This document shows positions 30,373 through 38,343 of a DNA stretch of 64,000 bases, in pieces. The stretch spans positions 31,299 to 95,298 of the forward strand of contig JBDRPX010000035.1 in the NCBI GenBank assembly GCA_043826565.1, in the 5' to 3' direction. The notes beneath the pieces are model-generated. The model saw nothing but the letters and a program-made list of their open reading frames with translations, was not told the DNA's origin and did no database searches. Every line of letters starts with the position of its first letter. Within the stretch, counting starts at the first letter, position 1. The position numbers were made by a program, and so were the translations under genes. The stretch is from Candidatus Omnitrophota bacterium (lineage in GTDB: Bacteria > Omnitrophota > Gorgyraeia > B26-G9).

Positions 30373-30873
30373 TCACTGCGGTTCATCATCGGAAAACAAA
30401 GTATCCCCCCCATCAAAACTTGGCCCGGGATTAAGCCATTCCGGGATATTTTCCTCCGGGCCCCCCTCTTGCCCAGAAGCAGTTTGTTGTTCAATCAGCT
30501 TTTCGGGCTTTTCTTCTGCGGCCTGATTATTGATCTGATCTCCGGTGATCAGAATCCCCGAATTCTCGATCAATTTTTTATTTCCCCCGGGATCAACACG
30601 TTTAACTTTTTTCTTAGGGAAAAAATATGAATTTTTTCTTACGGCGAGATTTGTGCGGGCTTTTATGCCTAATGGCGCTTTAGAAGGAGAGCCATACTCT
30701 GAGGAATATTTTGCTTTTCTGGACACTTCCTCGCGCAAATTTTTTTTCGTATCTGTTTCAATTATCGAAACCCACCCGTCTTTACTTCTGATTATCTTTA
30801 TGGCATCAACTATAATGATCAACACTAATAAAAGACTACATATCGCTATGGTAATTTTTACCCCTTTTTCCAT
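30373..30873 (-). CDS. Hypothetical membrane-anchored protein, cassette 1
   Basis: MEKGVKIT start, TM segment, acidic tail; paralogue of 25790-26284. Confidence 0.75.
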   Translation of the reverse strand: MEKGVKITIAICSLLLVLIIIVDAIKIIRSKDGWVSIIETDTKKNLREEVSRKAKYSSEYGSPSKAPLGIKARTNLAVRKNSYFFPKKKVKRVDPGGNKKLIENSGILITGDQINNQAAEEKPEKLIEQQTASGQEGGPEENIPEWLNPGPSFDGGDTLFSDDEPQ

Positions 30874-30911
30874 GTCTTTTTCCCCCAATTAATTATTTTT
30901 AAAATACCGCT

Positions 30912-33635
30912 TTAGAAATTCTCCTGATAAAAGAAATCACAGGACTCTTCTTTCCATAAAGACTGCGCCCCTCCGAAAAACACATCCGAAGCCGATCTAG
31001 TCGCGGTTTGAAAACGCTTATCATAATTCAAACTCCAAGGAGGTGATTTCGTACCATAATAAACCGTGCCGCTGACATAACGACCGCGGCTGCTGGTCCC
31101 TAACCCGGACTCATAATCCACAAAATCACCGGTAGGCGCGGTAAATTCGCCATCTTTATCCAGCACAAAATACGCGCCGTTTAAATACTTTTTCATGTCC
31201 TTACTGCCATTATTCCAGTTTTCCAGGTTATCGCCTTTTGTCCCGCGGTAACAAGCGATCAGCGTATTGAAAGTATAGTTATCATAAACCCGATTCGGCA
31301 TCATCCCGTAAGTATAATTTTCTCCGCTGTCCGGCCAGGAAAAAGTCGCCGAAGCTGTTCCGGTGGGATCATGCTTATTAAACATCGCGCGGTACGTTCC
31401 GTCTTTTTTATCAATGAGATCTTTTAACTGCTGTTCATTAGCATCGTCAATATTGGTGTAGCGGTCATAAGTCAGGTAATTCAAATAATCCCGGTAAACC
31501 CACTGCCCCCCGCCTGCATCCGGATTTGCTTCTTCATATATTCCGCTGCCTTCGTCTTTCTTAACATAAAGATAAGGATAATCCCGGTAATGCTCAGTTG
31601 CCGGCACTATTTGAGGATCATTAAAATCATCGGATAAAGTAAAAATACGCTTTTTACCGATAATCGCAGAAGTAACCCATTCATCAGTATTAAAATTTCC
31701 CTGCAAATAGATATTTTCCTCTCCTAAGACCGTAAACCCGTAGGAATCCATTTTTCGCGGCAGTTTTTCCGCATTGGTCAGGCGCAAAGGAACCTGGCTG
31801 TAGACAATACCGTTATCCGGAGTTTTCCCTTCTTTTTGCATCCGTCCTAGATTTATCTCCAAGACAACATTCCATTGATTCGTAAATGTATTGATAAATT
31901 TTACTTTACTGGCCACGGGCCGGGCTGTACCGTCATTAAGTTCTGTCACAGCCTTATCAATACTCTTTTCTAAAACCTTCATCCATTCTTCATAATCATT
32001 ATATTTACCGTCAAAATCATCCGCAAGATTAATAAGCAGTCCGCTGCGTTCGGCCATGCGCGCATAAGTAATATCAAATTCCGGCGGCGCCAGATACTCT
32101 CCTCCGGTATTGCCGTCCCGCACAATCCCGTCTAATTTTGATTTCTTTAAAAAAGAATCCCAAGCATCCGGCTGTTTCTCCGAGTTCGTATGCTTAACCG
32201 GTATCTTTCCTCCGGAAGCCCTCTCCGAACCATAAGTGCCGTCTTTAATATCTTCACTCATATTATCCGGCCAATCCTCTGAACCGGAAAGGTCTTTGCC
32301 TATAGCTGTCCAGTACCGCGGATCTTTAAACATATCCCAATATGATTTAGCCTGCGGATGTTCATCCAGTTTAGCGGGATCAACCATTTCTACTGACACG
32401 GGAGTGTGATGCCCACCTCCGGTTATTTCCCAATAAGTATTCTCCACATTCACTTTATTACCGTCATTATCATAAGTGTAAAAATGCAATGGCTGTTCTC
32501 CGGCACCGCTTCGATATCCATAAGCATCGCCTTTATATTTGCTCCAATCCCAGGTCTGATCCATTTCCGCGGGTATCTGGGTCCATTCTCCGGAAATGAT
32601 ATCGCCGCAATCAGTTTCTCCTAAATATGGTTTGACCCAGGTATTATAACCGTTTAAAGGCTCAGAGCTGTCATTTATAATTGATGAGCTTACCCGGTTA
32701 TCTCTGTTCCCGGGATTAATATTATTATAATCAAGCATATCTCCGTAAAAATACCATTCCGTACTCCGAAAAGCACTGGTCAGCCAAGTACTAGTGCTCC
32801 CGAAATAACTCGCGTTACTCTGATAATTCCAATGCCGGTCACCATATTTATCCCAGTAATAATAACCAAAATCACCGGGATTATCTTTAGCATCATCACG
32901 AAAAATATCATTCGGACGGTCAAGCCGGACCATCGGCGCCATACCGTCTTTTACTCCGTCATAATTATCCGCGTAATATGGAGCCGGGTACTGGTCAGAA
33001 GCCGCGTAATAAATGACCCCGTTTTCTCCGGCACTTAATTCTGAAATATTTTCCAATCTTACCGGATTATCAATCCGGATATTGCCGTTGGTATGGATAC
33101 CTCCGCCGTAAAGCTTTGGGAAATTACCCACCTCATTATCGAGATCCATATCATAAGGACTGTAAAAGAAAAAATCATATATACCCTGGCGGCTGAGCGT
33201 ATAGGTGATCACGCGCCGGTTTTCCCCCTCAATGCCCATGGCGACAATAACTGTCTCATCTTCGTCATCCCGGTTTGGATATGCTTTAACCATGAATTTT
33301 CCGTCATTAGACTGATAATATCCGTTAGCATCAAAAGAGCAATCCGCTCTTAAGAGCTGGCCATAACTGCTGTCTCCGGGAGCCAGCTTAAGGAGTTTAT
33401 CTTCATCATTATTCCATTTATGCGTATACCACTGCCATCCGTAATTTTGTGATTCATAATAAGCATAAGCTACGCCCATTTCCGCATAACCAAGCGCTTT
33501 TTTCCCTCCGGACTCGCGGGCTATACTTTTCTGTTCCGTGATCACAAATGTACACAGAGAGCTGGCCACAACAATAATAATAAACAATACCAGATATGTC
33601 GCAATAAGCATTGTACCTTTATTATTTATCTTCAT
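30912..33635 (-). CDS. Giant PilX-like minor pilin (907 aa), cassette 1
   Basis: NNKG|TMLIATY, ALGYAEMGV; colinear with 26307-29132 (GWQWYTHKWN, YPAPYYADNYDGVKDG, LSDDFNDPQ, SDVFFGGA). Confidence 0.75.
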   Translation of the reverse strand: MKINNKGTMLIATYLVLFIIIVVASSLCTFVITEQKSIARESGGKKALGYAEMGVAYAYYESQNYGWQWYTHKWNNDEDKLLKLAPGDSSYGQLLRADCSFDANGYYQSNDGKFMVKAYPNRDDEDETVIVAMGIEGENRRVITYTLSRQGIYDFFFYSPYDMDLDNEVGNFPKLYGGGIHTNGNIRIDNPVRLENISELSAGENGVIYYAASDQYPAPYYADNYDGVKDGMAPMVRLDRPNDIFRDDAKDNPGDFGYYYWDKYGDRHWNYQSNASYFGSTSTWLTSAFRSTEWYFYGDMLDYNNINPGNRDNRVSSSIINDSSEPLNGYNTWVKPYLGETDCGDIISGEWTQIPAEMDQTWDWSKYKGDAYGYRSGAGEQPLHFYTYDNDGNKVNVENTYWEITGGGHHTPVSVEMVDPAKLDEHPQAKSYWDMFKDPRYWTAIGKDLSGSEDWPDNMSEDIKDGTYGSERASGGKIPVKHTNSEKQPDAWDSFLKKSKLDGIVRDGNTGGEYLAPPEFDITYARMAERSGLLINLADDFDGKYNDYEEWMKVLEKSIDKAVTELNDGTARPVASKVKFINTFTNQWNVVLEINLGRMQKEGKTPDNGIVYSQVPLRLTNAEKLPRKMDSYGFTVLGEENIYLQGNFNTDEWVTSAIIGKKRIFTLSDDFNDPQIVPATEHYRDYPYLYVKKDEGSGIYEEANPDAGGGQWVYRDYLNYLTYDRYTNIDDANEQQLKDLIDKKDGTYRAMFNKHDPTGTASATFSWPDSGENYTYGMMPNRVYDNYTFNTLIACYRGTKGDNLENWNNGSKDMKKYLNGAYFVLDKDGEFTAPTGDFVDYESGLGTSSRGRYVSGTVYYGTKSPPWSLNYDKRFQTATRSASDVFFGGAQSLWKEESCDFFYQENF

Positions 33636-33651
33636 AACATACTCTCCTTTT

Positions 33652-34332
33652 CTAATTACGCCAACAAACTCTATTATTTAAAACAACAGTAAGAGGGTTA
33701 TCCAAAGTCCTCCCCTTAATTGTATCTTTTTCCGCGGTAATATTAATTTCAATAAGTTCTATGGTTGTATCCACAACATATTTTTTTAAACCGGTATCAT
33801 AACTGTACCCGATAATTGAAAAATTTGAGATATCATTAGCCACAACTGTTTGCTCGACCAGAGTACTGGTCTCATCCCATACCCGGCGCAAGATCTCTTC
33901 GGCGACCGCGTCCCAGCAATATTCTATCTGCCAGTCCAGGTTATTTTCCGCTCCCCATTCCACACGCCCGAAATTATCCAGGGAATCTCCGTCCGCGTCC
34001 CAATCAACCGGAACCTGGAAAACAATACTTTTAGCATCACTGGCATCAATGAGAACACCGGCTTGATCCAGCGGCCGGTCATAGAGCGTGGTATTTAATC
34101 CCGACCCTACCCTAACCTCTTTAACAATAGAATTCATACCTTTTCCCGCCAGCCGTTTAACATCCCATTTCGCAAAACACTGCTGAGAAATCCGGTTATA
34201 AGATATAAGCATACTAAATAAAGAACCAATCACTACTGAATAAATCCCCATAGATACAATGATCTCAGTCAAAGTAAATCCCTGTTCTTTTTTTCTTTTT
34301 CTACATTTTAATATTTTTTTAATTAGGCTCAC
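33652..34332 (-). CDS. PilW-like minor pilin, cassette 1
   Basis: QG|FTLTEIIVS, SIVFQVPVDWDADG. Confidence 0.8.
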   Translation of the reverse strand: MSLIKKILKCRKRKKEQGFTLTEIIVSMGIYSVVIGSLFSMLISYNRISQQCFAKWDVKRLAGKGMNSIVKEVRVGSGLNTTLYDRPLDQAGVLIDASDAKSIVFQVPVDWDADGDSLDNFGRVEWGAENNLDWQIEYCWDAVAEEILRRVWDETSTLVEQTVVANDISNFSIIGYSYDTGLKKYVVDTTIELIEINITAEKDTIKGRTLDNPLTVVLNNRVCWRN

Positions 34333-34354
34333 AAATAACTCCTTTTAGTAAACG

Positions 34355-34819
34355 CTAACGAAAAATAACCGCGGTTTCCATAGCACAGGGCGAATCAATC
34401 AGGCCGTTTAAATTAGTATCTTCTCCGCTGTCTAAAACCCCGTTTAAATTAGCATCTTCTCCGATCATTCTGTTTCCCTGCCGCCAGCAAACAACAATCC
34501 GGAATTTTAAAAGAAAAGAAGGTTCCGTAAGATCTACAGTGATTGTTCCAAGATTAGGCACCCCTTTATTGGTCAGTTCATTTAAGGTGAATTGCGTATT
34601 ATGATAGTTTGGCGAGATATCGTCAAAGGGGACATTTTTTATCTCATCTCTTATCCCTTCAAGAGAATTCATAACCGGAGTAATATTGTCATTAAGTTCA
34701 TTAAGCTGTAGTAAATAACTTGTCGCCTGAAAAGATGAACCGATCGCTACAGACATTATGCCTACTGAAACAAGAATCTCTACTAGAGAAATTCCTTTGT
34801 TATTTTTCAATAACCTCAT
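34355..34819 (-). CDS. PilV-like minor pilin, cassette 1
   Basis: KG|ISLVEILVS, IVVCWRQG, DANLNG/DTNLNG. Confidence 0.8.
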   Translation of the reverse strand: MRLLKNNKGISLVEILVSVGIMSVAIGSSFQATSYLLQLNELNDNITPVMNSLEGIRDEIKNVPFDDISPNYHNTQFTLNELTNKGVPNLGTITVDLTEPSFLLKFRIVVCWRQGNRMIGEDANLNGVLDSGEDTNLNGLIDSPCAMETAVIFR

Positions 34820-34833
34820 TATTTTACCCCTCT

Positions 34834-34878
34834 AAAAAATAAAATCCGACCTACCGTCCTTTTCCTTCGGTAGCTCGG
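34834..34878 (-). terminator. Terminator of the riboswitch expression platform
   Basis: CCGAGCTACCG-loop-CGGTAGGTCGG (one G.G mismatch) then ATTTTATTTTTT. Confidence 0.7.
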
Positions 34879-34892
34879 CTATCATAGGTTTT

Positions 34893-35050
34893 TCCTTTTT
34901 CTTCGGTAACCCGGCTGTCTGAAAAGGTATTACCTTTAGACCCGTGGCTTTGCTCCGGACTGACCAATGTCCAGAATCCCTAGCGCAAATCTCAACCGCT
35001 ATTATGGGATGTCCCCGCCTTTCGACGGGTTTGCCATTATCGGTAAAGGA
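34893..35050 (-). ncRNA. Cyclic di-GMP-I (GEMM-I) riboswitch variant with a 57-nt internal insertion
   Basis: CCGATAATGGCAAACCCGTC-GAAA-GGCGGGGAC [57 nt] GCAAAGCCACGGGTCTAAA...AGACAGCCGGGTTACCGAAG. Removing 34954-35010 restores the canonical GGGACGCAAAGCC. Confidence 0.8.
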
Positions 35051-35100
35051 CACAAATTAATAAAACCTTATAAATTGTGTCTATCTATACTTCTACTATA

Positions 35101-35129
35101 AGTATACCCTATATACCGAACTTTGTCAA
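35101..35129 (-). promoter_or_regulatory. Sigma70 promoter of the riboswitch / minor-pilin operon
   Basis: TTGACA-N17-TATACT. Confidence 0.75.
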
Positions 35130-35180
35130 TGTTAGCCCAGGACACCTAACCGCTTTAAAATAAAAAAGTTACGCAACTTT

Positions 35181-36395
35181 TTATCCGATAAGTTCTGTAA
35201 TTTTGAAAATCGGCAGAAACATCGCCACAACAATACCGCCGACAACAATACCCAAAAAAGCAATAATCAGCGGCTCAATCAAGCTGGTAAGGCCGCTTAC
35301 CGCCGCATCAACCTGATCTTCATAAAAATCAGCGATCTTACTTAACATTTTTTCCAGCTCTCCGGATTCCTCCCCAACTGAAATCATTCGGGTCACCATC
35401 GGAGGAAAAGCACGGCTCTTCGCCAAAGGCGTGGAAATACTTTCTCCTTCAAGAATACCAGCACGAGCTTTATCCACAGCGCCTTCAATTACGCTATTTC
35501 CGGCAGTCTTGCCGACAATTTCCAAAGCACCCAAAATAGGCACACCGCTGCGTATTAATGTTGCTAGCGTTCGGGAAAAACGCGCTACCGCCACTTTTCT
35601 TAACAATGGACCGAACACCGGCATATTAAGTTTAAGCTGGTCTATCTTTACCCGGCCTACGGGTGTCTTAATAAATTTGGCAATAACAAAAACAAAACCC
35701 GCCAGACCAATAACAACATATATAAAATAATATCTAAGAGTATCGGAAACATTAATCAGCAGCTGCGTAGGAGCAGGCAATGCGCCGCCTAAAGATTCAA
35801 ATATCTCCTTAAAAGTCGGAATAACTTTCAGCAGTAATACCAGGGTAATACCAATAGCCATACAGGAAACTACACTCGGATAGACCATTGCCGATTTTAC
35901 TTTACGCACGAGTTGAGTATTTTTTTCCAGGTACCCGGCAAGCCTGTCGAGAATTTCATCAAGCATACCGCTGGTTTCTCCGGCTTTGACCATATTCGTA
36001 TATAATAGGGTAAAAACCCGGGGATGTTTCTCCAATGCCGCGGATAGACTTGATCCGGATTCTACATCCTGCCTTACCTTAGTTATAACCGCACGTAAAA
36101 CTGGGCTTTCCATCTGTTCACTAAGAATGTCCAGACTTTGCACTAAAGGAATACCCGCGTTTACCATCGTGGCCAGCTGTCGGGAAAAAATTACCAGCTC
36201 CTCGGATTTGACTGATTTTTTTCCCATGGATTTTGCCTCGGCTGCTGCTTTCCCCGATTTTTCCTCTGTAACAGAAATGATAATCAGATTTTTAACACGC
36301 AGCATGTCCAAGGCTATAGATTTATCTTTAGCCTCAATCACATCCGTAACTGTATTACCTTCCTCATCTTTAGCGGTATACTTAAAAAATGGCAT
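35181..36395 (-). CDS. pilC: Type IV pilus platform protein
   Basis: FSRQLATMVNAGIPL, AGETSGML, SAMVYP, GEESGEL, IEPLII. Confidence 0.95.
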   Translation of the reverse strand: MPFFKYTAKDEEGNTVTDVIEAKDKSIALDMLRVKNLIIISVTEEKSGKAAAEAKSMGKKSVKSEELVIFSRQLATMVNAGIPLVQSLDILSEQMESPVLRAVITKVRQDVESGSSLSAALEKHPRVFTLLYTNMVKAGETSGMLDEILDRLAGYLEKNTQLVRKVKSAMVYPSVVSCMAIGITLVLLLKVIPTFKEIFESLGGALPAPTQLLINVSDTLRYYFIYVVIGLAGFVFVIAKFIKTPVGRVKIDQLKLNMPVFGPLLRKVAVARFSRTLATLIRSGVPILGALEIVGKTAGNSVIEGAVDKARAGILEGESISTPLAKSRAFPPMVTRMISVGEESGELEKMLSKIADFYEDQVDAAVSGLTSLIEPLIIAFLGIVVGGIVVAMFLPIFKITELIG

Positions 36396-36451
36396 ATTCT
36401 CCCCCTTTTAATTAGCTCATTGTTTATAGCTAATGGCTCATAGCATCTTTC

Positions 36452-36568
36452 CCATCAACCATCAACTATCAACTATCAATTATCAACTATCAATTATCAA
36501 CTATCAACTATCAACTATCAACTATCAACTATCAATTATCAATTATCAATTATCAATTATCAATTATC
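36452..36568. repeat. Tandem repeat, 16 full copies of YYATCAA
   Basis: ccatcaa x2, then ctatcaa/ttatcaa units up to 36563 plus a partial unit. Confidence 0.95.
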
Positions 36569-36607
36569 TTATTATATATTAAATCCACAATATATAGAAT
36601 AACTTTT

Positions 36608-38332
36608 TTATTCTGAAGAGGTCACCCGTAAAACTTCTTCTAATGTAGTTTTCCCTTCCAAAAAATTATGTATCCCGGCCCCACGTAAAGTAACCATGCC
36701 CACTTCTTTTTTAGCATAGCGTTTAATCTCATCGCTGGAACATCGTTTCATGATCATCTCCCGGATATCATCATTAAGTAATAAAATTTCAATCATCGCA
36801 AAACGCCCGCGATATCCTCCGGTGCATTTATTGCATCCTTTCCCTTTATACACAGTTAATTCTTCGGATTTTTTATCAATCTCCATCCGATCCAGCACTG
36901 ACTGAGGTACCTTATACGCCTCTTTACAATGAGAACAAACTTTACGGGCAAGCCTTTGCGCAACTACAGCCACAACACTCGAAGCAATTAAAAACGGTTC
37001 AATACCCATATCAATAAGTCTGGTTACCGCTCCCGGCGCGTCATTAGTATGGAGAGTACTTAAAAGCATTGCTCCGGTTAATGCCGCTTTAATCGCGATA
37101 TCACCTGTTTCAAAGTCTCTGATTTCTCCCACCATTAGAACATCCGGATTCTGCCTTAAAATCGATCTTAGCCCGGAGGAAAAAGTAAGTCCGATATCCG
37201 GTTTAACCTGTACCTGGGTAATTCCTTCAACCTGATATTCAACCGGATCTTCGACGGTAATAATATTTTTTTCCGGAGTATTAAGTTTATTTAAAACAGA
37301 ATACAAAGTCGTTGATTTCCCGCTTCCGGTAGGCCCGGTAACCAGGATCATGCCATACGGCCGGGTAATCGCGTAGTTAAAATCTTCCAGTGCTTTTGGC
37401 AGGAATCCTAAGGCTTCCAATCCAATGCTTAAATTGGATTTATCCAAAGCCCGCATAACAACTTTTTCCCCAAAACTGATCGGCAGGACAGAAACACGAA
37501 AATCAACTTCTTTTTGCGCGAATCTGACTTTAAACCTGCCGTCCTGAGGAATATGCCGCTGCGTAATATCCAGATTTGACATTATTTTTAAGCGTGCGGC
37601 AATAGCGTTCTGTATTTTTTTCGGCAAAATCGCGGCTTCGTGCAATGCTCCGTCAATTCTATATCTAACTCTAATATTATGTTCATACGGTTCAATATGT
37701 ATATCCGAAGCTTCTTTGATCAGGGATTCGGCGATTAAAGCATCGATCATCTTAACAATCGGAGCTTCTTCACTGGAACGGATTACATCACCGATATCAA
37801 CCTGGTCGTGCTGCTGAACCACTTCGATATCGTCTTCAGTCATATTCTTAACTAAATCATCAATTGACTGATTAAGCTTTTTCTGCGCCTCCACCCCTCC
37901 CGGATGATATAATCTATCTATGGTCGAAGTAACCGCACTCACGGTACAGACAGCCGGAGCCACATCATAGCCGGTAAGCGCTTTTATATCATCTATGGCT
38001 AATACATTTGATGGGTCACTCATGGCAATGCTCAGCATACTTCCAATCCTGGAGATAGCTAAGAGCTGGTAATGACGGGCTACATGTTCCGGGATTATCT
38101 TAACCGCTTTTTCCGCAGCATTAAACTTAGTAAGGTCAATTAGCGGCACATGCAGATATTTACAAAAACAAATCGCGATATTTTCTTCGGTTGTGAATTT
38201 ATTTTCTACTAATATAGTCGCTAACTGTCCGCCTTTCTTTTGCTGAATATTCAAGGCTTCATTGAGTGTTTTTTCGTCAATAAGATTGTGCTCTATTAGT
38301 AGTTCATTAAGTCTTTTTTTTACTCTACGCAT
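36608..38332 (-). CDS. pilB: Type IV pilus extension ATPase, copy 2
   Basis: MshEN-like N-terminus, ASDIHIEP, GPTGSGKSTT, MVGEIRD, tetracysteine motif. Confidence 0.92.
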   Translation of the reverse strand: MRRVKKRLNELLIEHNLIDEKTLNEALNIQQKKGGQLATILVENKFTTEENIAICFCKYLHVPLIDLTKFNAAEKAVKIIPEHVARHYQLLAISRIGSMLSIAMSDPSNVLAIDDIKALTGYDVAPAVCTVSAVTSTIDRLYHPGGVEAQKKLNQSIDDLVKNMTEDDIEVVQQHDQVDIGDVIRSSEEAPIVKMIDALIAESLIKEASDIHIEPYEHNIRVRYRIDGALHEAAILPKKIQNAIAARLKIMSNLDITQRHIPQDGRFKVRFAQKEVDFRVSVLPISFGEKVVMRALDKSNLSIGLEALGFLPKALEDFNYAITRPYGMILVTGPTGSGKSTTLYSVLNKLNTPEKNIITVEDPVEYQVEGITQVQVKPDIGLTFSSGLRSILRQNPDVLMVGEIRDFETGDIAIKAALTGAMLLSTLHTNDAPGAVTRLIDMGIEPFLIASSVVAVVAQRLARKVCSHCKEAYKVPQSVLDRMEIDKKSEELTVYKGKGCNKCTGGYRGRFAMIEILLLNDDIREMIMKRCSSDEIKRYAKKEVGMVTLRGAGIHNFLEGKTTLEEVLRVTSSE

Positions 38333-38343
38333 TCATTATTCCT

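Noticed and set aside
26307-33635. Diversity-generating retroelement (TR/VR) acting on the giant PilX pair
   Set aside because: Similarity covers whole genes, with indels and synonymous changes rather than an adenine-specific ~100-bp repeat; no reverse transcriptase in the window
34832-35053. 73-aa minus-strand ORF (MSFTDNGKP...)
   Set aside because: It coincides with the riboswitch and terminator, has no RBS and has no protein-like features; best explained as a shadow of structured RNA
36452-36568. CRISPR array
   Set aside because: 7-bp head-to-tail units with no spacers, and no cas genes in the window
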